Positions 41,856 through 52,087 of a stretch of 64,000 nucleotides of DNA are shown one piece after another. The notes under the pieces were generated by a model. That model saw only the letters and a list, made by a program, of their open reading frames with translations. It searched no databases and had not been told where the DNA came from. Source of the DNA: Nitrosopumilaceae archaeon (GTDB lineage: Archaea; Thermoproteota; Nitrososphaeria; Nitrososphaerales; Nitrosopumilaceae); contig CBDCCK010000002.1 of assembly GCA_965214835.1 (NCBI GenBank), positions 2,144,001 to 2,208,000 of the forward strand, written 5' to 3'. A program made the translations under genes and the position numbers. Position 1 is the first letter of the stretch. Every line of letters starts with the position of its first letter.

Positions 41856-43159
41856 GCGTCCTGGGCGCACCTGAATCCGGAGAACAACCACCTCTCATCT
41901 GGCCTGAAAAAGTTCCTATAGCTGCCCCTGATTGACATTGCCGGCGTTGCAAACGAGCCCCCCCTGAGCACCCTTTGGCCGGTAAACCACTTGTCGTTGT
42001 ACTCCTCAAACCCCGTCTTGAATCCCGGATACCCCACAAACTCAGAGGCGGTCCACTCCCAGACATCGCCGATCATGTGCTGGCACCCATAGCTGCTCGC
42101 CCCGCCTGGATAGCCTCCCAACTCGGAGCACTTCCACAGGTATGACTCTAGCAGGTTGCAGTTTTCCCCCGCCGGCCTTTGGCTCCCCCACGGGAATACG
42201 GTCTTTGACCGGACCTGCCTGTCCCAGCATGCGGCCTTTTCCCACTCGGCCTCCGTCGGCAGTCGCCACCCAGCCCACCTGCAAAACGCGTCTGCCTCAT
42301 AAAAACTCACGTGGATAACCGGCTCCCTGGGGTTGACCCTCCTTTTTCCCTCAAAGTCTCGCGTGTGCCACTGCCCGTCGATTCTCTCCCAGTACATGGG
42401 GGCCTCCCAGCCGTTTTCCCTCACCTTCTCCCATCCGTCTGACAGCCAGTACCTAAAATCCCCGTATCCGCCGTCCTCGACGAACTTCAGGTACTCCCCG
42501 TTTGAGACCGGATACTTGCCTATCTTGTAGTCATTGAGGTACACCCTGTGCTCGGGCAGCTCTATGTCATAGCAGAACCCGTCCCCGGTGCTGCCTAGGT
42601 TGTAGATTCCACCCGGAATCGTGATCATGGAGTTTTCAACCCGCGCCTGTCTGCTCGGTTGGTTCTTGTGGGCAGGCATGTACCTCTCTGCTAGCAGGTG
42701 CTGAAGATCATATACCAGCAGCTCCTGGTGCTGGCACTCGTGATGAAGCCCCATGACAAGCAGCGCCCGGGCCCTCTCGTCGATGGTGCTTTTCTCCAGG
42801 AACTCCCTTACGCGCCGGCTTGTCGTGTCAAAGTACTCGAAGATCTGATCCAGGGTCGGGCGTGAAACCACGCCCCTTTTGTCCTTGTCGTGCGGCCGGC
42901 CGAACTGGTTATAATACGAGTTGAGATACTCTGAGAACTCCTTTGAGTAAAACTCGTACCCCTCGTCGAGCTTGCTCATGATCACCTCATACAGCCAACT
43001 TACGTGGCCTATGTGCCACTTTGGGGGGCTGGTGTAAAACGCAGTCTGCACTACAAAGTCATCCCTTTCTAACGTCTTGACCAGCTGAAGCGTCCGGTCC
43101 CGCGTCTCGTTGAACTGCTCAATCAGCGACCTGTTGCCTTGCTCTGAGACGGTGGTCAT
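41852..43159 (-). CDS. egtB: Ergothioneine sulfoxide synthase (DinB_2 + FGE-sulfatase domains)
   Basis: SPPKWHIGH, HECQHQEL Fe motif, RLPTEAEWE, YNDKWF, YRNFF, FSGFR. Confidence 0.9.
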   Translation of the reverse strand: MTTVSEQGNRSLIEQFNETRDRTLQLVKTLERDDFVVQTAFYTSPPKWHIGHVSWLYEVIMSKLDEGYEFYSKEFSEYLNSYYNQFGRPHDKDKRGVVSRPTLDQIFEYFDTTSRRVREFLEKSTIDERARALLVMGLHHECQHQELLVYDLQHLLAERYMPAHKNQPSRQARVENSMITIPGGIYNLGSTGDGFCYDIELPEHRVYLNDYKIGKYPVSNGEYLKFVEDGGYGDFRYWLSDGWEKVRENGWEAPMYWERIDGQWHTRDFEGKRRVNPREPVIHVSFYEADAFCRWAGWRLPTEAEWEKAACWDRQVRSKTVFPWGSQRPAGENCNLLESYLWKCSELGGYPGGASSYGCQHMIGDVWEWTASEFVGYPGFKTGFEEYNDKWFTGQRVLRGGSFATPAMSIRGSYRNFFRPDERWLFSGFRCAQDA

Positions 43160-43196
43160 TTTGCTATCGTGATGGTACACTCGGAACTGCTGATGT

Positions 43197-43430
43197 CTAT
43201 GTCTGGATTGTTTTGGATGCTACCGGCTCATCTTTTGCCCTGTTGTGGGTATGCTTGATTGTGTATGCTGAATTTTTTACCTTGACTAACATGCTTGGTT
43301 TTCTAGCGTTGAAAAGTCTTGTAGCTGCTAAAGACATTTTTTCTGCTAGAATAAGATTCCCTAAAACTATCTTGGCCCCTGCTTCTCCCGCTAGAACCAA
43401 CTGATCTTTAAAAAGTGAGGTGCGCTTCAC
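43197..43430 (-). CDS. AT-rich hypothetical ORF, possible remnant of a foreign operon
   Basis: Compositional shift; GTG start overlaps an upstream TGA. Confidence 0.3.
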   Translation of the reverse strand: MKRTSLFKDQLVLAGEAGAKIVLGNLILAEKMSLAATRLFNARKPSMLVKVKNSAYTIKHTHNRAKDEPVASKTIQT

Positions 43431-43478
43431 TCAGAAAGTTCCCTGGATATCTCTTTTATAGCTTTCCTTGCATTGGAG

Positions 43479-45141
43479 GTACGAGGTCACGTTCCTAAAC
43501 CAGTTTCATGGCCTTGTCTGCTACGGATCTGCCCCTTGCACTCCATGTCAGTATGCACGTCATAAACTGCGACCACCTCCTCATCCAGAGTTCCCCTCCC
43601 TTGATCTGCCCGCTTATCTTGCGGAAGACGACGGCGTAATGGAGGGCACGCTCTGCGGCGTTGTTTGTGGGATGCACGCCGTCGTGCTCCGGGAACGTAA
43701 ACAGGTGCGGCAGCGAGCTTGTCAGTCTGCGCAGTACCGGGCCCAGGACGAAGTCGTCCGTGCCTTCCCGGTACCCGGACAGTATGTTGCGCAGCCAGGA
43801 CTCGAACCTTCTGCGCAGATCCTTGCCCCTGTCCTTCCTCCTTACCCTGACGGCGCTGCAGTACAGCTGCCGAAGCTGCTCGTACAGTATTCCCGCAAAC
43901 AGCGGGGCGCCCTGCTTTTGCGCCGCGTATTTTGATACGCGCAGCTCGTGCGACCAGCACAGCTGGTGCCTGTCCTCCCCGTTGAACCTGTCATACACCG
44001 AATACTTGTCAGATGGGGGTTGTCGCCTAATTCGCTAGAATCCCCGAAAACCGTTGAGATGCCCATATGATTAGGCGTGCAAAAGGGCGGAAATTCAGAA
44101 AAACGTGCAGATTGGGTCAAATAAGTGGAATTAGGCGACAACCCCTGTCAGATGTCGCTATTCCGCCATACCCCCTCCATGTGCCTGTCCAGGAACAGTG
44201 CGTCCCTGCTCGTATTGTACTTGACAAACACGCCGTTGTCCGTCTCGGCAGTCCATGTCCATATGCGGCTGCCGTTCATGTTGGCCGCAGTCTCGTCTAT
44301 TCTGACGTTGGATGATCTCTTGATGCCGCCTAGGATCGCGCCTGACGGCTTTTGCATAGAGTCGCATACCTCTCCGATCATGTTGATTACGGTCGATTTG
44401 GCGATGCTCCTGCCGGTAAGATCCTTGAGCGTGTCTGCCACGGACTGCAGCGGCATGTGCCTTGCGCGCAAGGCAGACACAAGGGAGATCATGTGCTTGC
44501 CGTACCTGCCCCTCCTTGGGAGTCCGTCGTCTGCTGATATCGTAATGCCGCACAGTCTGCATGTGGCACGCTCGGTTATGTGCCGCGTCTCTGTCATCCT
44601 GACCGGTTCAAAGTCGATGATGTCCCGTATCAGGGCAGTTATGTCCATGGCCCTCCCGCACATGCACACCGGCGAGCACGTCCCGTCGTTGTCCTGGAAC
44701 GTGTGAAGCACCGTCTTCTGTGGGTCGTGTCTTCTGGATGTCCCCTTGTGGCCCCTCTGGCCTCCCGGCTTTTTGCCGGTGCCACTACTGCTGCCGTTGC
44801 TGCCGTTGCTGGCCCTCTCCCCTTTCCGCTGCGCCTTTTGCCTCTTGTACTCTAGTGATTCTGCAGACGGTGGCGAGTTCTCGTTCTCGTAGTACCGGAG
44901 CCGCCTGTCTTGCTCCTCGATTATCCTGTCCTTCTTCTTTATCATCCTGCACATTGCCTTTTGGCTATTTTCTAGCGTGTTTACTCTGTCTGTGAATGAT
45001 ACGATTGTGGCCTCTAGTTCCCGGTATGTGGGTCAACGGCCTTTCATGATGCTGATGCTATACAGGCATCGTATTTGATCAGCATGATCGCAATATGTTA
45101 AGCAGGTTGTCAAAACACGTCAAAACTAGGTTACCTCGTAC
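43479..45141 (-). mobile_element. IS66-family element (type 2); transposase disrupted by MITE C and a frameshift at 44171-44175
   Basis: TIRs GTACGAGGTCAC / GTTACCTCGTAC; 8-bp TSD CATTGGAG; KPGGQRGHKG, RIDET, CWSHELR, PTNNAAERAL. Confidence 0.9.
44016..44145. mobile_element. MITE family C, 130 bp
   Basis: Perfect 18-bp TIRs GGGGTTGTCGCCTAATTC; 9-bp TSD TGTCAGATG. Confidence 0.92.
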
Positions 45142-45150
45142 CATTGGAGG

Positions 45151-45239
45151 GTAAGAGTTTGCGTCCTGCAGCACTGCCAGTCAAGGCCTTGATCGCCGTG
45201 CACACAACACCGCACCTTCGGGAGGGGGCAAGCTCTTGT
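45151..45239. mobile_element. MITE family A, diverged
   Basis: GTAAGAGTTTGC...GGGGGCAAGCTCTTG. Confidence 0.75.
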
Positions 45240-45717
45240 CGTTCGGGTATGGGCAAGCTATAACATCTTTCACCCTTTTGAAGCCTGCTGGTTTTAGTAT
45301 TGTTGCCGTCTTGCGCCTTTTATTATCCTGTGGATGTCGCGTTTCTTCATAATCCATAGCTGAAAGCGTACACCTTGTGTGCCGCCTGTACTGTAGTACT
45401 TTCCATCCACGATCCCATGCGTGGAATTTTGCGTGTCGGGGTTCCATGAGACGGCGGCCACAAGGGGCGGCAGCACATTTTCAGCTAGATCTGCCGGACT
45501 GCAATGGAAGGTACAGATACGATCTAGCAGCTGGGGGCAAACATGAGGTGATCCACCACCACGGTTCTGGAGGCCGTTGAGGAAAAAACATGATCCGGCC
45601 AGAAAATCACCATCGGGATCCCGGGCTGAGACTCGGTGGACGTAATTGGCCTGATGTCATAAGAGCATCAGGGGGGTTTGGGCACCAGAATCACGGGCCC
45701 TCTTGACGTCGCCGGCA

Positions 45718-47163
45718 CTAGTATCCCCTTGCAAACAGCGGGGCCGACTCGCATTGCTCGTTGCAGCATACGCATCTTCCGGCAGCGTCCTCGCTGCCAA
45801 ACGGTATCACCCTGATCTCCGCCCCCGTATCCTCCTTGATTTTTTCCTCACACTCTCGCCTTCCGCACCAGCGCGCCCTCAGGAATCCTCCTGACTCGGC
45901 ACCCTTTTTGAGCTCGTCATACGACGGGATCTCGACAGTCTTTTCCTCCAGCAGCTTTTTTGCCCTTTTTAACATCCCGTTCTGGGCCGAGTCCAGGATC
46001 TCTTGCACTCTTGGCACAATCACGTCCAGTCCTACCTCTGTCTTTTCCTTGTTGTACCTGGTCGCAACAACTGCCTTGCTGTTTTGGATGTCCCGTGGAC
46101 CGATCTCGATTCTGACTGGTACCCCCCTCAGCTCCCAGTCGCTGAACTTGTACCCAGGCGTCAGTCCCCGCCTGTCATCTATGTGAACCCTCAGGCCTGC
46201 CTTTTCCAGCTCTGTCCTGATGCATCGGGCCTTTTCTAGGACATGCAGCTCGTCTTTTTCCTTGAGGATGATTGGCACGATTACTGCCTGAACCGGCGCA
46301 ACCTTGGGCGGCAGGACCAGGCCGTCATCATCGCCGTGGATCATTATCATTGCGCCTACCAGCCTCCATGAGACGCCCCATGACGTCTGCCACGCAAAAT
46401 GCTCCACATTGTCCCTGTCTGCAAACTTGACCTCAAACGGCCTTGAAAAGTTCTGTCCGAGAAAGTGAGACGTTCCCATCTGCAGCGCCTTTCCGTCAGG
46501 CATGACGGATTCCATGGTTGTCGTGTAGACTGCCCCTACGAACTTTTCCTTTTCGCTTTTCTTGCCTACCGTGACGGGAATTGCCAGCTCCTCCTCGACT
46601 GTCTGCCTGTATATGTCCAGAATCTCCATGACCTCTTTTTCTGCCTCTTCCCGTGTTGCGTGCACCGTGTGGCCCTCCTGCCATAGAAACTCCGAAGTCC
46701 GAAGGAACGGCTTTGTCGCCTTGATCTCTGCCCTCAGCGCGGTATTCCAAAAGTTGATCTTCAGCGGCAGATCCCTCCAACTCTGAATCCATTTTGAGTA
46801 CAGCGAGTATGCCAGCGTCTCCGAGGTCGGCCTCAGCGCGAGCCTGTCGCCGATCTCGTTTGCTCCTGAATGCGTCACCCAGAATACCTCCGGATCAAAC
46901 CCCGTAAAGTGATCCTCTTCCTTTTTTAGTAGCGATTCTGGAATCAGCACAGGCAGGAACCCGTTTCTGATTCCCCTCTTTGAGAACTTTTCGTCCAGCC
47001 TGCTCCTCAGTGACTCCCATACGGAGTATCCGTCAGGCCTTAGGACAATGAGTCCCTTTACCGGTGCGTAGTCTGCCAGCTCTGCCTTGAGAACTACCTG
47101 CGTGTACCACTCGCTAAAGTTCTCGCCCTTTGAAACCGTGATTCCGACCTCCTCTTTGTTCAA
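45718..47163 (-). CDS. proS: Proline--tRNA ligase (archaeal/eukaryal type)
   Basis: LRPTSET, FLRTSEFLWQEGH, QTSWGVS, C-terminal FARGY. Confidence 0.97.
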   Translation of the reverse strand: MNKEEVGITVSKGENFSEWYTQVVLKAELADYAPVKGLIVLRPDGYSVWESLRSRLDEKFSKRGIRNGFLPVLIPESLLKKEEDHFTGFDPEVFWVTHSGANEIGDRLALRPTSETLAYSLYSKWIQSWRDLPLKINFWNTALRAEIKATKPFLRTSEFLWQEGHTVHATREEAEKEVMEILDIYRQTVEEELAIPVTVGKKSEKEKFVGAVYTTTMESVMPDGKALQMGTSHFLGQNFSRPFEVKFADRDNVEHFAWQTSWGVSWRLVGAMIMIHGDDDGLVLPPKVAPVQAVIVPIILKEKDELHVLEKARCIRTELEKAGLRVHIDDRRGLTPGYKFSDWELRGVPVRIEIGPRDIQNSKAVVATRYNKEKTEVGLDVIVPRVQEILDSAQNGMLKRAKKLLEEKTVEIPSYDELKKGAESGGFLRARWCGRRECEEKIKEDTGAEIRVIPFGSEDAAGRCVCCNEQCESAPLFARGY

Positions 47164-47544
47164 ACTGTGAACGCTTTACAAAAATCATTAATGAGCCTTT
47201 CGTGCTTGCCGGAGGCCGACGAGATGACAGGGGCTCATTCTGCAGGGCGGTAGCATGCCATGTCTGGCGGGCAAGAGACACGGAGGGGATCACCGGATCC
47301 ACTGCGGCACGAGTCACGCTGGGGCGAGGAGCCGTTTCCGGTTTACGGGTGCATGGGGCAGGCATTGTTGGCAGCCTTCTGAAAAAACTGGCAGGCCCGC
47401 CATGATCCTGAAGCCGTGATCTCCTGAACTCCTAGGCAATCTGACCTGCCAGCTGACATGCTGCGGCACAAGTGGCACTCCAAGACAAGCCATATCCATT
47501 TCATTGCTGTGGAATCAAGAGAATTTCGCGATGCACTGGTAGCC

Positions 47545-47844
47545 TTAGAGGCTGTGGCCCTTGCACAGTACCCTTCCGGTAACCCTGCTCTGAAAGTTCG
47601 GACAGACAAAGCACTTGACAAAGTGCGTCTCCTCACCTAGAACCGGACACTCCACATACTCCTGCTTCATCCTCCTGAGCATCTTTGGACTGACACCCTT
47701 GAGCTTTAACTTTCCCTTGTCGTCCATCATTCCCGATGTCTTTAGCTCCGCCTTGGTCTCCTCGGGAATCTTTTGCCTTTTTTCGGTCTGTCTTACCTCC
47801 ACCTCGTACTTGTGTTCCAGCTCGTCGGACATATGTGATACCAT
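47545..47844 (-). CDS. Conserved hypothetical protein with Cys cluster
   Basis: VECPV...CFVCPNF...VLC. Confidence 0.65.
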   Translation of the reverse strand: MVSHMSDELEHKYEVEVRQTEKRQKIPEETKAELKTSGMMDDKGKLKLKGVSPKMLRRMKQEYVECPVLGEETHFVKCFVCPNFQSRVTGRVLCKGHSL

Positions 47845-47876
47845 TTTGAGGTCTGATTTATTACTAGCGGTAGGCC

Positions 47877-47987
47877 CAGCTAAGTGAAATGTAAATGAGA
47901 TTTGCTGTTTTGTCTTGCTGCTGAGGCGTTGCGCCTCATGCCCAGTTTTTGTTTTTGCGCGATTTCAGGGTACTTTTCACTTAGCTG
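47877..47987. mobile_element. MITE family B, 111 bp
   Basis: TIRs CAGCTAAGTGAAA; 5-bp TSD AGGCC. Confidence 0.88.
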
Positions 47988-47996
47988 AGGCCCGGA

Positions 47997-48087
47997 GTAA
48001 GAGTTTGCCCATTAGGCGATACTGCTGGTCAGAACCTTCATGATCACGCCTGCCACGCCGTATCTCAGGGGAGGGGTAAGCTCTTAC
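47997..48087. mobile_element. MITE family A, 91 bp
   Basis: GTAAGAGTTTGCCC / GGGGTAAGCTCTTAC; close match to 20153-20243. Confidence 0.85.
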
Positions 48088-48232
48088 CCGGCGCCAAGCG
48101 CGGTAGGCCGTGACTACACGCGTCGCATCCTGCATTTATCGAAGAACCATGCCAGGAGCCAGCCTGGTCTTTGAGGTGGGCGCTAGAGTCTGTATGGAAT
48201 CATGATGGCCGCACGCTGTCTTTTTTTTGACA

Positions 48233-48873
48233 TCAGGGTTTTCGTAACGTACCATCACCTGATAATTCGATTGTCCCGGTGCATGGATCAAGAAAACTTG
48301 TAAACTCATCAGGATTGCTAATTGTTCTCATTGCAGCAAACACACGTATGACTGAATTGGGAAACGCCTCTGCAATTCTGTTGGCCGCGCCCAGGATCGT
48401 GGCTCCCCGTGTTATCACGTCGTCTACTAGGACGATTTCTTTTGGGTTGGGCAATGACTCTTTGACCCTCATTGATTTGTGGTGATCAGACGCTTTGGGC
48501 CGGCTTGATGCTGGCACACTAGATGATTTTGGCAAAGGGGTGTCTCGAATCAAACATTCCTCATTTATCCCTAGGCCATTATTTGCTATGCGCTGATGCT
48601 ATGCGCTGTGGCACCCAAAGATCACCTTTTTGCGCCAAGGAACTTTTTGGAATGGGAACCAGCATGGTGGATTCCACGAAATAATTAGAGAAAGGGTACT
48701 CGTCAAGATTGTCTTTGATGTCCTGCGCAACAACCTCCGACATCAGTTTTTTTGACTCTAAAACTCTCATTTTTGAGGTTTCTCGTCATCATCCTTGATT
48801 GGCCATGTTCTTGTTGATCACCTCTTGGGGCATAAGTTAGCAGTGATCCAAAACCAATCCTTGTGACTCTCAT
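48233..48873 (-). pseudogene. ComF-like phosphoribosyltransferase, fragmented
   Basis: LVPIPKSS and PRPP-binding IVLVDDVITRGAT spread over three ORF pieces. Confidence 0.8.
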
Positions 48874-48984
48874 GTTAGACAATTCCCGAAATAGCTCAGG
48901 CATTTTGATGTCTGATGGCAGATTTGATCTGGACCCCGTATTTTCGAACCACTTTTTGGGCGTTTTTGCGTAGCTCTGGCATCA

Positions 48985-49821
48985 TCATTTGCCTGCCTCC
49001 CTTTGGTGCCGTACGACGAACTCCATCGGAGTGAGATATCCAAGTGAGGAGTGTATTCTGTCATGGTTATAGTCCCTAAATGCCTCCCTTATGACGTCTG
49101 AGGCGTCCTGGAAGGAGTCAAATTCATGGGGCCACAGGTATTCCCTCTTGATGCTTCCGTGAAACGACTCTATGTGGCCGTTTTGTTCTGGCGTCCTGTA
49201 TGCTATGAGCTCGTGTCTTATTCCCAGCTGTTTCAGGGACTCCCTGAACATGCGCGACGTATACTGAGAACCGTTGTCTGTCCGCAGGGTCAGCATGCTG
49301 CAGTCCGGATCTGCTGCCGATACCGCATCGAGTACGGCCTGAATCGCATTCTCCTTTTGCGCCGTGGTATCAAAGGAGTATGCAAGCCATCTGCGCGAAA
49401 AGGCATCAAGTACGTTGAAACAGTAGCACCAGCCGTCCCCGCCGCAGTCCACGTATGTAATGTCTGCCTGCCACAGCCGGTTGGGGGCATCTGGCCTTGT
49501 AAGCTTGCGCGAGGCCCGTATTATGTCGTTTTTGGTCTTTTTGGGCTCGATCCAGCCTATCTGGCGGTAGATTCGCTGTATCTTTTTGCGGTTTACGCGC
49601 ACGCCAGTCTCGCGCAATATCTGGTTTGCCATCCTCCGGGTTCCATACGTCGGCCTTTTCTTGCCTATGGTACGTATGATTGAGACCGTCCCAGAGTCGG
49701 CTTTTCTGGTCCGTCTGTCGACGTCCTTCCTGGCGTAATACCAGGTGCCCTTTGAGACGCCGCAGTATTTCAGGGCCGTGTTGAGGCTCATCTTCTGGTG
49801 GCAGATCTGTACGGCATTCAT
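48985..49821 (-). CDS. IS3 OrfB integrase-like transposase
   Basis: YGTRR, WQADITY, RTDNGSQY, NGHIESFHGSIKRE, RIHSSLGY. Confidence 0.93.
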   Translation of the reverse strand: MNAVQICHQKMSLNTALKYCGVSKGTWYYARKDVDRRTRKADSGTVSIIRTIGKKRPTYGTRRMANQILRETGVRVNRKKIQRIYRQIGWIEPKKTKNDIIRASRKLTRPDAPNRLWQADITYVDCGGDGWCYCFNVLDAFSRRWLAYSFDTTAQKENAIQAVLDAVSAADPDCSMLTLRTDNGSQYTSRMFRESLKQLGIRHELIAYRTPEQNGHIESFHGSIKREYLWPHEFDSFQDASDVIREAFRDYNHDRIHSSLGYLTPMEFVVRHQREAGK

Positions 49822-50105
49822 CCTTTGCTCAGCTCCATTGTTTTTTTTAAAGCGTCACAGGCCACTGCATACTCGCCTATGATGCGTTTGAGATTCTGGT
49901 TCTCCTTTTGCAGGGCAGCCGCTGCCTTGTCATTCCGGCCCAGGATGGATGCCTTGCCGCCCTCGACGAACCTGTCCATCCACCTGCCAAACGTGGTGGG
50001 CGCGATGTTGTGCTTGCGGCACAGCTCGGCAGTGCTGATGCTGGTCTTGATGGACTCCATCACTATGTCTGTTTTTTCGGCCAATGTGAACTTTTGTTTT
50101 TTCAT
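49818..50105 (-). CDS. IS3 OrfA (HTH + leucine zipper); A8 slippery site at 49841-49848
   Basis: AELCRKHNI..W; LQKENQNLKR; OrfB in the -1 frame. Confidence 0.9.
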   Translation of the reverse strand: MKKQKFTLAEKTDIVMESIKTSISTAELCRKHNIAPTTFGRWMDRFVEGGKASILGRNDKAAAALQKENQNLKRIIGEYAVACDALKKTMELSKG

Positions 50106-50175
50106 GCCCCGTATGCCCTCCTGTCACATACAAATTCTACGCATTTGGGTGGTTCGAATTTTATGGGGTCCTCAC

Positions 50176-50835
50176 CAGATTTTCCAAAATATCGACATGC
50201 TTGTCAAGCATCATTGCACCATAGTCGATCATCTTTTTTGGCCATCCAGGTTCCTTGTTTTCTGCCACGGCCTTGCAGATGGACAGTGGTCTACCTATCC
50301 TGAGTGTCTACCATCCCTGATGTAGCGACCCACTGGATTCTCCGGCCTCTATAATCACGGTTGCATCTGAGATTATTGCCATGGTTCGGTTTCGTAATAC
50401 AAAATCCTTTGGTGTTGTCTTGTGGCCTACAGGGTACTGTGAAATGGCCAGATGATTCATCATGATCTCTTCTTGTAGCGATGAATTTTCCTTTGGATAT
50501 GTCCTGTCTAGCGGGATCCCAAGCACTGCGATGGTTTTTCTCCGCATTCGATGGCGGTTCTGTGCCCCGCGATATCGATTCCACTGAAGCCCGCTTATTA
50601 TTGCCACATTGTTTTCAACCAAGAGCCTTGTGATTTCTCCGGCCTCTGACAGTCCATGTTCCGATGCGCCCCTAGAACCGATTACTGAAACCCTTGGGCA
50701 CGGCAGGGGAATCATCCCTGTGACCCCCCTCTAGAAAATCCCGTCCTTTGGAGAAAACTTTGACTCTACGTCGTTTAGCTGGTGTCCAAGCAAGTCTGAC
50801 ATCTGAATAGACGGATATTTCGTTTCACTATTCAT
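50176..50835 (-). pseudogene. dprA: DprA/SMF Rossmann-fold protein with frameshifts, internal stop and IS3 at the 3' end
   Basis: VSVIGSR, IISGL, GIDIAGH (shifted frame), KTIAVLG, FVLRNRTMA, IIEAGESSGSL. Confidence 0.85.
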
Positions 50836-51065
50836 CTGTTGCAACTCCTCCCGTTTGCATCCTAACACCTGCATCTGAGGCATACTGGCACAATGTAATC
50901 AGAATGATTGCACCCTTTTTTATTTTAGGATTCGCATGATCGCCTGGCTGGCACGACTGCGATCTTGCGTCCTGGGGGATCCTAAAGGTGGTGTGCGCCG
51001 CATACAGACGGACTTGACCTGAATCTGCCGGGTCGTGAGGCGGCGTATTGGGCACCAAATTTTCT

Positions 51066-51115
51066 AGAGTTTACCCCTTAGGCGACATTGTCAGCCGGGC
51101 CCTTGATCACCGTGC
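51066..51115. repeat. Half copy of MITE A / IS66 type-1 right end
   Basis: AGAGTTTACCCCTTAGGCGACA...CTTGATCACCGTGC. Confidence 0.7.
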
Positions 51116-51153
51116 TAGATGGTTTTTATAGAATACACTTCCAGTCAAACCCG

Positions 51154-51348
51154 ATGGCAATTCTAGAGGTACTAGTTATCACCGTGATAGTTCTTACAGG
51201 CGCCTACGTGGGATACCATGCATGGCAGGACTCACTCGGCGCTCCTGATAGCGAGCCGCACTCAGCTGACCCTGAACTCATGTATCACAACTCCCAGATC
51301 CTGCCTGCCGAGTCTCACCGGGCACTCATGCCGGTTCGATTCCACTGA
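51154..51348 (+). CDS. Small membrane protein
   Basis: ATG ORF with a single N-terminal TM. Confidence 0.4.
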   Translation: MAILEVLVITVIVLTGAYVGYHAWQDSLGAPDSEPHSADPELMYHNSQILPAESHRALMPVRFH

Positions 51349-51415
51349 TCGCGCAGTGCTTGATCTGAATCAGTAATTTAATATTGAATCGTTTGAGGGC
51401 AAAGTCAGAAATCAA

Positions 51416-52057
51416 TTGCTTGCCATTTTCGACGTTGAGGGAGTTCTTTTTGATGCAGAGTACCTTCCCCTGCTGGCCGAAAGGCTAAACAAGGAACAGG
51501 AAATCTGGGAAATCACAAAAAAGGGAATCCAAGGGACGATCAACTGGGAGGAGGGACTCAGGACCCGTGTTGACGCGCTGCGTGGCCTGGATTTTGATGC
51601 CTGCAAGCAGGTGGCAGACGACCTGCCAATCATGACCGGAGCAGAGACCGCATGCAGGACGCTCAAGGAGGCCGGCTGGAAGATCATGGCAGTCTCCGGG
51701 GGGTTTACCATAATGACTGACAGGCTAAAGAAACAGCTGGGACTGGATCATGTATACTCCAACGAGCTTGTCTTCAAGGACGGAAGGCTCGACGGCGTAA
51801 AGGTCAACGTTGACTCTGACAAGGCAAAATCCGCAAGAGTCAAGATTGAAGAGTGGGGTGTAAGGCGCGAGGATATCGTCGTGGTAGTTGACGGCGCAAA
51901 TGACCTGAAGCTATTCGACATCTGCGGGCTGGGCATAGCATACCGGGCACAGGATCAGGTAAAGGATCGGGCCGATGCGGTTTTAGAGGAAAAGGATCTC
52001 TCAAGGATACTTGGCATAATCAATCGACACTACAACCAATCCCAGCCCGTGGTATAG
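51416..52057 (+). CDS. serB: Phosphoserine phosphatase (HAD family)
   Basis: FDVEGVL, VSGGF, DGANDL; AE.L..LA and ITKKGIQG SerB pattern. Confidence 0.85.
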   Translation: MLAIFDVEGVLFDAEYLPLLAERLNKEQEIWEITKKGIQGTINWEEGLRTRVDALRGLDFDACKQVADDLPIMTGAETACRTLKEAGWKIMAVSGGFTIMTDRLKKQLGLDHVYSNELVFKDGRLDGVKVNVDSDKAKSARVKIEEWGVRREDIVVVVDGANDLKLFDICGLGIAYRAQDQVKDRADAVLEEKDLSRILGIINRHYNQSQPVV

Positions 52058-52087
52058 ACATAATTTCTAGTACCGTCCACTGCAACC

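Larger units (their letters stand above)
48930..50174 (-). mobile_element. IS3-family element, apparently intact
   Basis: TG...CA ends, IRs GGACCCCGTATTTTCGAACCAC / GTGGTTCGAATTTTATGGGGTCC. Confidence 0.9.
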
